Below are positions 1 through 12,913 of a stretch of 64,000 nt of DNA, one piece after another (positions within the stretch are counted from its first letter, which is position 1; every line of letters starts with the position of its first letter). The position numbers were made by a program, and so were the translations under genes. Origin of the DNA: Octopus sinensis (lineage: Eukaryota); contig NC_043021.1 in NCBI RefSeq assembly GCF_006345805.1, positions 27,466,001-27,530,000 on the forward strand, read 5' to 3'. The notes below the pieces were generated by a model. That model ran no database searches. It was not told the origin of the DNA and worked only from the letters and a program-made list of their open reading frames with translations.

Positions 1-40
1 AAGCGCACGGCTGTTAACACTTACCACTCGATAGACTATA

Positions 41-268
41 TATTTTTTTATTGCCCTTAAGGGGCTAAACACAGAGGGGACAAACAAGGACAGACAAAGG
101 GATTAATTCGATTACATCGACCCCAGTGCGTAACTGGTACTTATTTAATCGATCCCGAAAAGATGAAAGGCAAAGTCAACCTCGGCGGAATTTGAACTCA
201 GAACGTAACGGCAGACGAAATACCGCTGAGCGTTTCGCCCGGCGTGCTAACCATTCTGCCAGCGCGCC
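41..268 (-). mobile_element. tRNA-derived SINE, family A
   Basis: Reverse complement of the recurring GGCGGCGAGCTGGCAGAA..GTTCAAATTCCGCCGAGG..GGGGTCGAT..AAGAAATA unit, with a B-box-like GTTCAAATT. Confidence 0.85.
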
Positions 269-295
269 ACTTTAGAATATACTTCGATATAAATA

Positions 296-1355
296 TCATA
301 TCCATAAAAGGGAGGATGAGTGTGCGTGTGTGTAATTTATGCACGTCCACAGATTAGCACGCATCTCGCTCAAATTTTAGGAGGACATTCGTCAATATCC
401 TACCTGGGTTTTGTCAACTTATTTTTTCCCCCGAGGCACCCGCGGATAGGGTAAAAATCTATTTTCAACCATTTTCAACCATAGCTTTTAACCATAACAA
501 ATATCAGCCATTGCTTTTTGATGGCGTCTAACAAAAAAAAAGATAAAGAAAAGTGGAAGAAGAAGGCAGAGAGTTTCACGGGAAAGACAAAGTGCGAGAG
601 GGAGAGAGAGAGAGAGAGAGTAAGTTATGATGTTCATAAAAAATAAAATGTAAAATGTTTTGTCTTTTGTTTTTGAAAGACACTATATTTTATTATCATA
701 GTATGTATACTTTCTCACACAACAATTACAATATATTTGTTTTAAATCGTTCATCTTTCTCCCCCCTCTCTCTCACACACGTTACTTTGGGTGCGAAAGT
801 GTTTTGTTTTTATTTTACGCCGAGTAAAATGGTGTTTTGTTGACAATCCATTTATTTAACAACAAAGAAACAAAGAGTTGAGTAACAATTGGTCAGTGAA
901 TCACACACTATAAATGGGTACAATTTGCGAGGCTTCCACCACACCCCACTCCGTTTCACGGACCACAAAAAGGGTTTTGAGGCCAGAGTAGTTGATTCCA
1001 CGCAAAAAAAAACGATTTCTTTTCTTAGTGAAAATCGTGCGAGTGTTAGTGCACAAAACATGCAATAGGTGTACGTACGTGTGTGTATGTGTGTTCGTGT
1101 CTGTTGCCCATATATATTTATATTATATTATATATATATAATATATACTCTTTTACTTGTTTCAGTCATTTGACTGTGGCCATGCTGGAGCACCGCCTTT
1201 AGAAGTTAGTTTACATATATATATATAATATAACTAATTTCAACGGATTTCGCCCAAATTTTACGTCTATATTACATAGCTTGGTTTGAAATAAAGAACT
1301 TGATTAGCTTAATAATCGCAACTTAATCCCGGGCAAGACCGGGTTATACTGCTAG
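296..1355 (+). mobile_element. Putative non-autonomous Helitron
   Basis: Begins A|TC; ends with a CCGG-gcaaga-CCGG hairpin about 10 nt before CTAG|T (1352-1355), the canonical Helitron termini. Continuity of the interior is not proven. Confidence 0.5.
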
Positions 1356-2324
1356 TACTTCAATAGAATGAGTACCCTGTAGACGGACCTCCATCGTGGC
1401 CGCAGCCCAGTAAGTGAAATAATCGAAATAGTATGGAGAGTTGAAGCGTTTCTCTACTAAACATTGTCTTATTGATCCAATTTCTCGATCCACAAGGATG
1501 TTTCTTCAAATACGAACTAATAACCTAGTTTTGATTCCTAGTTCAAACCAATCTTTACTGGTACGTCTCTATCTCTTCCTTTATCTCACCCTTCCACTCA
1601 ATCTCCTCCTCTCTCTCTTTCTCTTGAATTTTGATGATACCAATCAACAGATTGTAACATGCGTACCATATTTAAAATTCTACATCTGTATCCTAATTAG
1701 CAAAGAGAAGCGCTTCTAATTCTATTTCGGCTAGTTGAGCATTTGTGCATATTAAATTACAATCTCTAAAGCTGATTTATCAGCTAAGTGTGATAAAAGA
1801 TTGCTAAATTCAATTACGGTTATATGAAGAGCAACAGCCTATAAGTGGCTTAGTTAATTATCGAAAATATGCCATTAATAATAAGTTTAACAGCAACATC
1901 TGGACCTTGGGTTACGTTTAGAAGAGTGCATTCCCCTACGAGCATAACTCCTTCTTACATGCCTGGAGGATCTTCGAAAGGGGTCATGGCTTAGGTATTT
2001 GGTCGTCTTATATATCAGCTGATAAAAACATTAAAGGAAAATTATATTTGTTGATGAGAGTCGAAAGAAAGAATGAGAAAAATACTGACGTTTTATTTAT
2101 TCCCAGAATATATGGATCTATTTAGAAGTTTGGAGAATAATCGAAAGCTTCTTAGCATCGTTATGCCCGAAGATTGAAAGTTCGTCATTTTAATATTTGA
2201 ATGCCAAAAGTTTGGGCAAGCTCAGTGAGTGCTGCCGTAAAACAGGCGAGGCGAAAGGAAGTCAGGGCTTCTATAAGTTGTACTGAGAAGTCCTTTATGT
2301 GTCGAGAAAAATATCTTTGATTTA

Positions 2325-2565
2325 TCGAGATTACACTCCTATCAGTAAAGGTGTTTAGGGTATTGCACTCGTAAGATTGTGGTTTCGATTCCCAGATCGG
2401 GTTGTGCATTCTGTTCTTAAACAAGATACTTCCATTTCACGTTGCTCCAGGTCAGTCAGCTGTCAATGAGTAACCCACCGACAGACTAGAATCCCGTTCT
2501 AGAAAAATGTTGTGACCCCGGTCATTTATACGATCTTGAAACGGGTAACCCGTCCTATGAATCCA
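2325..2565 (+). mobile_element. tRNA/CORE-type SINE, family C
   Basis: GGTTTCGATTCC head, then TGTTCTTAAACAAGATACT and CACGTTGCTCCAG core shared with other copies. Confidence 0.7.
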
Positions 2566-2772
2566 AGCCAGTAATGCCCGGTGGTTCATAATGATGATAC
2601 TCCAACCAAGGAGAGGTACACATTGTGAAATAAAGTAAGGGTGTGGTCGGGCAATTCAGTATAAGAAAATGAAAAGGTAGAACTTTTCATTTAATAAATT
2701 GATGCACCAAGGAACATCTTCATTAAATCGTTATAGAAATGATTCCTCTGAACTCCAGTTTAGTTGCATGGT

Positions 2773-3006
2773 AAGACGGTGAGCTGGCAGCAACGTTAGC
2801 ACGCCGGGCGAAATGCGTAGCCATATTTCGTCTGCCGTTACGTTCTGAGTTCAAATTCCGCCGAGGTCAACTTTGCCTTTCATCCTTTCGGGGTCGATAA
2901 ATTAAGTACCAGTTACGCACTGGGATTGATGTAATCAACTTAATCCGTTTGTCTGTACTTGTTTGTCCCCTCTGTGTTTAGCCCCTTGTGGGTAGTAAAG
3001 AAATAA
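2773..3006 (+). mobile_element. SINE family A, near full length
   Basis: Colinear with other family A copies. Confidence 0.85.
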
Positions 3007-3019
3007 AAAAACCTTATCA

Positions 3020-3200
3020 TGCAGGGCAAAATACTCTGGCATTTCACCCGTCTTTATGCTCCGGGTTCAAATGACGTCGAGGTTGACTTTGCTTTTCATC
3101 CTTTAGGGGTCGATGAACTAAGTACCAGTTGAACACTGGTATAGATTTAATCGACTTAGTCCCTCCCACGAATTTGCTGGCCTTGTTCGAAAATTTAAAG
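3020..3200 (+). mobile_element. SINE family A, partial and diverged
   Basis: GTTCAAAT..CTTTTCATCCTTTAGGGGTCGAT..AAGTACCAG. Confidence 0.7.
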
Positions 3201-3991
3201 ATCGATTTAGTTGCACGGGGAAAATTATTTAAAGCTTACACCTCAACTTTATCTTTAATCTTTTATTTGTTTCAATAACTGAGATGTGACCGCGGTGGGG
3301 CTTCGCGTTGAAACGTTTAGTCGAACAGATAAGCCTTGTTCTACATCCGTGATCAATACACTTAACTATCAACTTACCTGGGTGCATTTTATCTGAGCGT
3401 TGTTACTCTACTGCAACACCAACGAATCACCATGCTGCGTCTGCTGTTCTTGTTATTCAAACTCAGATCAGAGTTGGCTTATCATCAAAGAACATCCGTC
3501 TCTAGCTTCAGTCTATTCTATACAAGCACAGTGTATTTAGAACTACATTATTCTATGTTATGGTATAGGATGGTTGCTTCACAATTTTTTGAGAATTTTT
3601 GATATTTATGCATTGTTCCAGAAACTTTTTCTTCGAGGGTTTATTGAAGTTTGTGTAATTCATCAAAATATCCCCCTTTACACTTTTTCATTTTTTTCAA
3701 AATTTTTTCATTTTCCTACCTTTTTTTGTTTTATTTCTTACCCTTCTCTTACCTTGTTCTTAAGTTCTTTTAACTTCTCTTAACTTAATCCTCCTAACTT
3801 CCTAATCTCTCCTAACGGCTTTACTCTGATATCTTTTTGTCTATACGGTACCATAAGCATATTACTTGAGATACTCCAGCATATTATCGTATGTGTTAAT
3901 CAGTTTAAAAAACCTTCATATACATCACAGAATCCGGGAAACTGGCCTTAAGAACCTATGTCGCGGGAAGGACATTTGATCCTCTTTCATT

Positions 3992-3992
3992 G

Positions 3993-4089
<97 letters not shown>
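3992..4089. repeat. (TATC)n microsatellite
   Basis: Direct reading. Confidence 0.95.
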
Positions 4090-4759
<670 letters not shown>

Positions 4760-4861
4760 GATCTATCTATTTATTTGGCAGGTTGTCTGTTTGTCGGTCT
4801 ATCTGCATATCTCGTGGATTTTCGCATTATAGTCGTCTTCAGTATCTTATTTGAAATATTC

Positions 4862-5072
4862 AAGCGGCGAAATGGCGGAATCGTTAGCGCGTCGGGTGAA
4901 ATGCTTAACGGCATTTCGTCCGTCTTTACATTTTGAGGTTCAAATTCTGCCGAAGTTGATTTTGCATTTCATCCTTCCGGGGTCGATAAAATAAGTGCCA
5001 GTTGAGCATTGGGGTTGGTGTTATCGATTTACACCCTCCTCTGAAATTTCAGGCCTTGTGCCTAGAGTAGAA
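4862..5072 (+). mobile_element. SINE family A
   Basis: Family A head and core. Confidence 0.8.
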
Positions 5073-5705
5073 AGGAATATTCCATTCAAAATGTATTGGC
5101 CAACACGCGGCGATATTAGAAGACCGTTGTCCAAGTCCCCAGACAGCGAGATTGAACCGAGAATCATAGTCTTTCAAAGTGAACTGCTTAACTACAAATG
5201 CATAATTTAAGTGGTCGTAAACTTTCGCTCAACTTTACTCCACCTTCATACCATAATACCAGCGTGACATTTTTTGTAGCAAAATATCAACTCTTTACTG
5301 TTTTAAGGAATCTCTCGGACAACAGCTCAATGCAGAATCCATTTCTCCGTACTAGAGAATTAGGAAAATATGCAGAATTATTATATATTTAAGATTCCCA
5401 CGAGAAGCATAAATACACGCAAAAATATAGAGTCGATATTAATATTAAAATACACAGCAAGCATCAAAATGCAAACAGCAACATTTCAGGAATATAAACG
5501 ATATTCTTCTGGCGCACGAATGGAAATCTGCCAATAAACAGATTACTTTAATTAGGAAAAAAACTTAGCACGAAATGTAAAGCACTGGTCTTAATATAAT
5601 CACGAATCCATCTACCAACATTGTGGTGATAAGTATCACATGATTATAGCATTTCAAATATTGGAAACTTGAAAATAAAATGGAAAATAAATTAATAAAT
5701 ACACA

Positions 5706-5967
5706 CTGGTAGATATAATCGTGTGGTAGAGAAGGGAATTTCTAAACTGCATTGTCTCAGGTTCAACCTCAAGGTGACATTGAAAAAAGTTTTCTATTCT
5801 AGTCTCGCGTTGATCAATTTCTCGTGACAAATGGAAATAATTAGAATGAAATTGTACGTAATTCGGTAATATATTAGCTGATGATGAGACCACCAGACCG
5901 TACGGTTTCGAGTTATTTGTGCTCACCCTCATAGCAGGATACCCGTCCGATGGAGGTGGCAGTATTC
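5706..5967 (-). CDS. Candidate host exon, weakly cadherin-like
   Basis: Lies in a 116-codon ORF in non-repetitive DNA. Motifs LSREIDQRE and QFRNSLLYHTIIS resemble the cadherin LDRE and PxFxxxxY motifs; splice sites are weak. Confidence 0.3.
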
Positions 5968-6156
5968 TGTTCCAGCTCGCAATATATAGAAAAATAAGTG
6001 ACAATCAATGACTGATCTGACAACAGGCAAAGCAGCGAGTTAGAAAATATCTACAAGAGAGGAAAGTATTTTATCGCTTCTTCAATATGGCTGTTCCGAT
6101 AACCAGCAGGGGGAAGCTCCTCCCGGGGTTAAAAATGGTAGTTACGTCGGTTCCAT

Positions 6157-6297
6157 AAAACGTTTACTTCTCAACCAGATCATTCCGAGTTCAGTCCCGC
6201 TGCATGGAAACTTGGGCAAGTGTCTCCTACTGTAGCCTTGGGCCGACCAGAGGCTTGTGAGTAAATTTGGTAGGCAGAAACAGAAAGAAGTCGTCAT
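6157..6297 (+). mobile_element. tRNA/CORE SINE family B, head fragment
   Basis: GAGTTCAGTCCC..TTGGGCAAGTGTCT..GGCCGACC..TTGTGAG. Confidence 0.75.
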
Positions 6298-6329
6298 ATA
6301 TATATATATATATATATATACACGAGTTA

Positions 6330-7260
6330 AACGAAGGTGTTATTCAAATTCTTTTACCTCCGACACATGCTTCAAAGATATTGGTGTAAAGTAATGTAAT
6401 ATTCTCTTCAGGGAAATGAAGAAATAAAACAAACTCGTCAATAAGACATTTTAACAGAATATGATGGATGTGTATAATGTTGAACGGAATGCTATTAAGT
6501 TTAAAAAAAAACGTTAGAGGACATAACGTCAAAGATAGCCAATAGAAAGAGGAGGGGGTAAAGGAAAGAAAAAGCAGAAACCAAAATAAATGAGAAATAT
6601 AGAACGCTTTGTGAATTAAATAAAAGCCTAAAATCTTGAAAAATATATATCTAGTGGGAGTGAAATGTAAGAAGAAAACCAATGTTCAAATTATATATAA
6701 TGGTAGATATCACTTATGTGAACTGAAGATATATTTCTGCCAATGTTTTCATCGGTAAGCACTCTCTTTAACCGTGTTTACAAGGGGATTTTTAGAAAAA
6801 AGAATTAAAAAAATAGCTCACAATTACAGAAACGACAACATTCCTTGCCTTTATCATATGGGAACGAAATAGAGAGAATCAACCAATCTAAATTAAATTG
6901 TTTATTATGGTCAAATTTATTTACTAAGCCCTGTACTGTTACGTTTATTACTATCCCTATTAGTAGAGTAATGATTTGAAATTATTTTAGATAACTCAGA
7001 AGAAGAACAGTCTATATAAAAAAAGACATCGGTACCTGAAGTTACACTGGTGTATAGAGTTTCTAATCTTAGAATTACTAGACATAAACTTAATTCTGTT
7101 AGAATTGACTTCAGAGACAATAACCTTGTTATTAATAATTCTAGGGGGATGATTGGTATTAGCTAAATTGATGTTAGTATTAGTAAATTGATTCTTATTT
7201 AACAGACAAATATTATGTGAGGAAATAATTTGTAAGAGATTATTTGTGTTGAAAAAAACC
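6330..7260 (-). mobile_element. Decayed Penelope-like element 3' part (GIY-YIG region plus 3' terminus)
   Basis: Minus-strand peptides NLLQIISSHNICLLNK, CNFR, ..TGLSK, YDKGKECCRFCNCE match the PLE linker and GIY-YIG layout; hammerhead-like fold at the 3' end. Confidence 0.55.
6357..6416 (-). ncRNA. Degenerate type-I hammerhead (GAAAC changed to GAAGC)
   Basis: UUUCC-CUGAAGA-stem II (AUAUU/AAUAU)-GAAGC-AUGU-GUC-GGAGG. Confidence 0.5.
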
Positions 7261-7265
7261 AATCC

Positions 7266-7304
<39 letters not shown>

Positions 7305-7312
<8 letters not shown>

Positions 7313-7494
7313 GTTAATCCAAACAAGAAAACAAAAAAACAACAACACAAGGACGTGGAACAAATAAAGTATTATTGGACGCTCAGGAAAGAAGGGAAGA
7401 AGGAGGGTTTAACGTTTCGAGCGGAGCTCTTCGTCGGAAACATAGGAGAAGGAAAGATCCCGAGAAGGGAAGACAGAGGAAAAAAATCGCCAGT

Positions 7495-7498
<4 letters not shown>
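7305..7498 (-). mobile_element. Short HHR-bearing non-autonomous element (CCGACGA family)
   Basis: Second copy at 17992-18212 has the same fixed end ATATAGTTAATCCAAACAAG; flanked by microsatellites. Confidence 0.7.
7407..7441 (-). ncRNA. Minimal type-I hammerhead variant (U4C core)
   Basis: GUUU-CCGACGA-A-GAGC/UCC/GCUC-GAAAC-GUU-AAAC; palindromic AACGUU stem III. Confidence 0.55.
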
Positions 7499-7539
<41 letters not shown>

Positions 7540-7659
7540 CGTATGTATGTATGCATGTATGTATGTATGTATGTATGTATGTATGTATGTATGTATGTAT
7601 GTATGTATGTATGTATTCATGTATGTATATATCTATGTATGTATATATGCGTGTATGTA

Positions 7660-7862
7660 TGTATGTGTTTTGTGTCCCCGACCGCTGCTGGACAACCGCT
7701 ATTGATATGCCTACGTTCCCATACGTTAGCGGTTCCGTAATACAGAGCGATAAAAGAAGTGCTAGACGTAAAAGAGAAGCGGTGGGGTCGATTCATTTGT
7801 GAAGGTTTCTTCACTGCGGTGCCACAGTAATATCACAGTCTAATGTTTGAAACAGGTAAAAC
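7660..7862 (+). mobile_element. SINE family B tail, diverged
   Basis: TGGACAACCG..TTAGCGGTTC..GGGGTCGATT..GCGGTGCCACAG. Confidence 0.6.
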
Positions 7863-7865
7863 ATA

Positions 7866-7920
<55 letters not shown>

Positions 7921-7964
7921 TATGATAATTATTATTATTTAAATGTCACAATACATGTATTGAG

Positions 7965-8017
7965 TGCTGCTACTAGTTTCATATGTTGAGAAAGCTCAAG
8001 CATCATCTTCAGGCGCA
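7965..8017 (-). ncRNA. Type-I hammerhead ribozyme, intact core
   Basis: UGCGC-CUGAAGA-stem II UUGAG/CUCAA-GAAAC-UA-GUA-GCAGCA; palindromic ACUAGU; bulged stem I and imperfect base of stem II. Confidence 0.6.
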
Positions 8018-8105
8018 AAACACGTATAATAACGAACTAAAAAATTGAATGAATAGAATAAATGCGATGAAGCTGAGAAAGCAGCATATAGAAAACGCAG
8101 ACAGG

Positions 8106-8136
<31 letters not shown>

Positions 8137-8176
8137 TATATATATATGTATATAATATATATAATATATTATATAT

Positions 8177-8223
<47 letters not shown>

Positions 8224-8383
8224 TATATATGTAATTTACCTTGGTCAAATAGACAGCACACCACCAAGCTGAAGACTCGAACACAAGATACTGAGGTCGT
8301 GAGCTCAGCTCTCTAACTACTAGGTCTCACACCTTCGTAACATTAAAATCACGACACACCGATAATTTATATAATCTTTTCAA

Positions 8384-8776
8384 TTATAGGCACAAGGCCT
8401 GAAGTTTGGGGGAAGAGATTAAGTCGATTACATCGACCCCAGTGCATAACTGGTACTTAATTTATCGACCCCGAAAGGATGAAAGGCAAAGTCGACCTCG
8501 GCGGAATTTGAACTCAGAACGTAACGGCAGATGAAATACCTATTTCTTTACTACAGACAAGGGGCTAAACACAGAGGACAAACAAGGACAGACAGACAGA
8601 CGGATTAAGTCGATTATATCGACCCCAGTGCGTAACTGGTACTTAATTTATCGACTCCGAAAGGATGAAAGGCAAAGTCGATCTCGACGGAATTTGAACC
8701 CAGAACGTTACGGCAGACGAAATACGGCTACGCATTTCGCCCGGCGTGCTAACGTTTCTGCCAGCTCGCCGCCTTA
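8384..8776 (-). mobile_element. Two adjacent SINE family A copies
   Basis: Family A sequence twice, junction near 8540. Confidence 0.85.
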
Positions 8777-9179
8777 ACCGATAATTTAAATAATACCAAC
8801 GAATAAACACCAAATGAGACTCTCAACAGCCATTCTTTGCCCTCATTGTTACTTTAAAAAGTGTTTTCGATTCAACCCAATTGCTTCTTGTCTAGTTATC
8901 CACCTCACTCATCTCATTCATCTCACTCATCTCACTCATCTGTCTTATCTGTCTCTTCTGTCAATATTGATTGACAATTGAAAGCCAAAAGTCAGAGAAG
9001 GCAACTATATTCAGTCGCATAACACGAAGCTTTCCCGAAACTGTTTTATATTGGCCATCTGAGATTTCGTGTCTATCAATAACTAAATAATTATTAATAG
9101 ATTTCACTGCTTTGAACGAATCGACACAGACTCTCACTTTGTCTGAATCGCACTGTCTTATACACACGAGCCATTTACA

Positions 9180-9235
9180 CAATAATAATGATAATGCTAC
9201 TGCTACTACTACTACTACTACTACTACTACTCCAC

Positions 9236-9274
<39 letters not shown>

Positions 9275-9278
9275 CACA

Positions 9279-9319
<41 letters not shown>

Positions 9320-9378
9320 ATAATAATAATAATAATGATTATAATAATAATAATAATGATAATAATAATAATAATGAT
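9180..9378. repeat. (ACT)n/(AAT)n microsatellite at the Dong 5' flank
   Basis: Direct reading. Confidence 0.95.
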
Positions 9379-9447
9379 AGGTGTGAATAAAAGCCTCTGC
9401 ATGGCAAATATGTGGCCCGTAACAAACTGATGTAGACAAGAAGCTTC

Positions 9448-11928
9448 TTGTCTACATCTTACGAGAAACGCCAGCGCTTCTTTGAACAAAACAAAAAGTT
9501 CAACTCCAACCCCACAAAGTTCTACCAAGAACTTGGCAAAAATAAAATAGAAATCACTGCAGCACCAACGGCAGAAGAATTGGAAGAATTCTGGAGAGAA
9601 ATATGGTCGGCGAACGAACAACCAAAAAAAAGGAGTATCAAAATAACAAACTCGGCATCTGAACAACTTTGGACCCCCATAACAACTGAAGAGGTCACCC
9701 AGGCACTGCAAAGACTAAGCAACTGGAAGGCACCTGGGCATGACAAAATCCCCAACTTCTGGTTGAAATATCTAACAGGAATGCACAAAAAGCTGGCTGA
9801 AAACTTTAACAACATACTAGCAGAGCCAGAGACAATGCCTGAATGGCTCACGAAGGGGAAAACTATCTTAATTCCCAAATCAAATGAGACAGCAAAACCA
9901 GAAAACTACAGACCAATAACCTGTCTCCCTACAATGTACAAGGCATTTACTGCAGTGATATCGCAAAGGTTGAACAAGCACCTGGACGAAAACAACCTGT
10001 TTCCAGAAGAGCAGAAAGGATGTCGCAAAGGCTCATATGGCTGTAAAGATCAACTAATGATTAATAAAGTCATAACTGAAGACAGCCACAGAAAGAAGAA
10101 AGGCCTCAGTATGGCCTGGATTGACTACAAAAAGGCGTTTGATAGCATCCCCCACACATGGATCCTCGAAACACTAGCCATTAACAAAGTAGCACCAACA
10201 ATCATAAAATTCATAGAGCACTCTATGAATAAATGGCAAACAGTCCTACACCTCCAAACAAAAGAGGGACTCATGAAAACTAAAGACATCCCCATTAGAA
10301 GAGGAATATTCCAGGGAGACACGCTCTCTCCACTCCTTTTCTGCTTGGCACTGTCACCTCTATCTGATATACTAAATAGAACTGGATGCGGATATAAATG
10401 TTACGGTAAAACGATCAGACACCTTTTATATATGGATGACCTAAAACTATACACTGCAAATGACAAACAGCTGGAAACACTATTAAAGACAGTTCGTGGA
10501 TTTACCAAAGAAATAGATATGAAATTTGGATTAGAAAAATGCGCCAAAGTAACCATGAAAAGAGGAAAACTAGTTAAGAGTAGCAACACCACACTATATA
10601 AAACCAATGAAATAAAAGAATTAGACCAAAGCCAAACTTACAAATACTTAGGAATCCATGAACTAGATAAGACACAACACACACAAATGAAAGAGAAAAT
10701 AAAAAAAGAATATTATAGACGAGTTAGATCAATACTAAAAACAGAGCTCAATGCTAAAAACAAGATAATAGGTATTAACACTTTAGCTGTCCCAGTTATA
10801 AGTTACAGCTACAATATCCTTAACTGGACACGAAATGAACTGACCAAAATAGATAGGAAAACAAGAAAAATAATGACAGGATCTAGGATGCATCACCCAA
10901 AATCTGACATAGAAAGACTATATATACAACGTATAGAAGGTGGTAGAGGCCTTATACAGCTGGAAAACTACTATAAAATAACCACCATAGGACTGCAAAA
11001 ATATCTACTTCAGAAGGAAGGAAAACTGATACAAATAGCGGCAAAACACGAGCAAAACAAAAAACTGTTCTCAGTATTTAAGGAAGCTGACAAATACAAA
11101 CAAGAAATCATACCACCTAATAAATATGAAGAAGAAGAAGAGGAAGAAGATGAAGAAACAACAAAAGCTATAAAACAAATGAAATCCAAACTAAAAATAG
11201 AACAGCAACGAACCATGATAAAACGATGGCAAGAAAAGCCCCTTCATGGTAAATACTGGACTAAACTAAACGCAAAAGAAATAGACAAAGAAAAATCTCA
11301 GCAATGGTTGAGAAGCCCAGGACTCAAAGCAGAAACAGAGGGATTTTTAATTGCAGCACAAGACCAAAGCCTCCCCACCAGAAATTACCAAAAACATGTA
11401 ATGAAAAGAAATATTACAAGTAACTGCGGAATATGTGGAGATGGACAAGAAACAATAAATCATATTATCTCTAGCTGCCCAGTCCTGGCTAAGAAGGAAT
11501 ATATTCACAGACATGACAGAGTTGGAACCTACATACATTGGAAGCTATGCCAACATTATGGAATAACAACAGAAAAAAGATGGTATAGGCACACACCAGA
11601 AAAGGTCACAGAAAACGAGAAAGCAACCATACTCTGGGATATGCCGATACACACAGATAAAGAAATTAAGGCCAACAGACCAGATATAGTTATCAGAGAT
11701 CATGAAGAAGAAAAATGCTTTCTAATTGATGTATCAATACCGGCAGATGACAACGTGTCTCTAAAAAAAATGGAGAAACTCTCAAAATACAAAGACCTGG
11801 AAATAGAGGTAACTAGAATGTGGAATCTGAAAACAGAAACAATTCCTATCATAGTAGGTGCATTAGGCATGATAAAAAAATATTCAGACAAATACATAAC
11901 AAAACACAGGACTTACAAACACATATAA
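9448..11928 (+). CDS. RT plus restriction-like endonuclease ORF (826 aa, 5' truncated). The true C-terminus continues in another frame to the stop at 11990-11992
   Basis: RT motifs WKAPGHD, IDYKKAFD, GIFQGDTLSP, LLYMDD, YLG; CCHC knuckle CGICG..HIISSC; RLE RHD..RPD..IDV..K; shifted tail IQKIALLSTAHILRRTLSIQ*. Confidence 0.92.
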   Translation: MSTSYEKRQRFFEQNKKFNSNPTKFYQELGKNKIEITAAPTAEELEEFWREIWSANEQPKKRSIKITNSASEQLWTPITTEEVTQALQRLSNWKAPGHDKIPNFWLKYLTGMHKKLAENFNNILAEPETMPEWLTKGKTILIPKSNETAKPENYRPITCLPTMYKAFTAVISQRLNKHLDENNLFPEEQKGCRKGSYGCKDQLMINKVITEDSHRKKKGLSMAWIDYKKAFDSIPHTWILETLAINKVAPTIIKFIEHSMNKWQTVLHLQTKEGLMKTKDIPIRRGIFQGDTLSPLLFCLALSPLSDILNRTGCGYKCYGKTIRHLLYMDDLKLYTANDKQLETLLKTVRGFTKEIDMKFGLEKCAKVTMKRGKLVKSSNTTLYKTNEIKELDQSQTYKYLGIHELDKTQHTQMKEKIKKEYYRRVRSILKTELNAKNKIIGINTLAVPVISYSYNILNWTRNELTKIDRKTRKIMTGSRMHHPKSDIERLYIQRIEGGRGLIQLENYYKITTIGLQKYLLQKEGKLIQIAAKHEQNKKLFSVFKEADKYKQEIIPPNKYEEEEEEEDEETTKAIKQMKSKLKIEQQRTMIKRWQEKPLHGKYWTKLNAKEIDKEKSQQWLRSPGLKAETEGFLIAAQDQSLPTRNYQKHVMKRNITSNCGICGDGQETINHIISSCPVLAKKEYIHRHDRVGTYIHWKLCQHYGITTEKRWYRHTPEKVTENEKATILWDMPIHTDKEIKANRPDIVIRDHEEEKCFLIDVSIPADDNVSLKKMEKLSKYKDLEIEVTRMWNLKTETIPIIVGALGMIKKYSDKYITKHRTYKHI

Positions 11929-12089
11929 CATACAGAAAATTGCACTACTAAGCACTGCACACATCCTACGCAGAACACTTTCCATACAATAACCATCAGA
12001 GCATCACAACAAATCACAGCACATACCCAAGGCACACAGAGCTGCGCTCGGTAGTGAAGTGAAAGCACGCTATAAAAATAAAACTACTG

Positions 12090-12090
<1 letters not shown>
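9459..12090 (+). mobile_element. 5'-truncated R4/Dong-clade non-LTR retrotransposon
   Basis: RT-RLE ORF, about 100-nt 3' UTR ending AAAATAAAACTACTG then (AAT)n; also flanked by (AAT)n on the 5' side, the known Dong target type. Confidence 0.9.
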
Positions 12091-12227
<137 letters not shown>

Positions 12228-12228
<1 letters not shown>

Positions 12229-12432
12229 CTTTCTTCTATACGCACAAGGCTTGAAATTTTGGGGGAGAGGTTTAAGTCGATGACATCGACCTCAGTGTTT
12301 CACTGGTACCTAATTTATCCACCCCGAAAGGATAAAAGGCAAAGTCGACCTCGGCGGAATTTGAACTTAGAATATAACCACGGACGAAATGCAGCCAAGC
12401 TCGACGTCCTGACGATTCTGCCAACTCACTGC
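12228..12432 (-). mobile_element. SINE family A
   Basis: AAAGGCAAAGTCGACCTCGGCGGAATTTGAAC. Confidence 0.8.
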
Positions 12433-12475
12433 ACTAATAATGATAATAACAACAACAACAACAACAGTAATGACG

Positions 12476-12512
<37 letters not shown>

Positions 12513-12741
12513 CAACAATAATAATAATAATAATAATAATGATAAAAAGACACTTTAAGGATCATACGAGCAGCAGAGTTCATTGTGTGTTTCTTAGTCC
12601 TATTCTACAGGCTGTCCCGTCCCAAATACTTAAGTCAACTCACCAATTAGATTTCTATTCATTTGTCCGAGACAAAATTTATTAATCAATAATAACTTGT
12701 TGCCGACTGTTAATTTTTAATGATGCTAAAGCTATGATTAC

Positions 12742-12913
12742 TCGCACAGGCTAGATGACAGCGAATCGATCGCTTCAAAAATAGCAATTAAAATAGCTGT
12801 CAAATCTAATAAGCTATTCTGTCCAAATTCCATTCCATCAGACCAGGTGACATTAAAATAGAAACAATGAACGGCTTCGTAATCAAATCCAGAAGATGAT
12901 TTTGAAATTGCAG
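12742..12913 (-). CDS. Candidate host exon, cadherin-like
   Basis: TTACAG| acceptor, open frame AISKSSSGFDYEAVHCFYFNVTWSDG.., possible GA|GTAATC donor; DYE..F.V..SDG is cadherin-like. Confidence 0.3.

Noticed and set aside
2773-2860. tRNA-like A/B boxes as tRNA genes
   Set aside because: They are SINE heads without a cloverleaf; no true tRNA or rRNA genes or CRISPR arrays were seen in the window.
5878-5915. CTGATGA followed by a GAGACC/GGTTTC stem
   Set aside because: Followed by GAGTT rather than GAAA, with no stem I; it also lies in the candidate exon.
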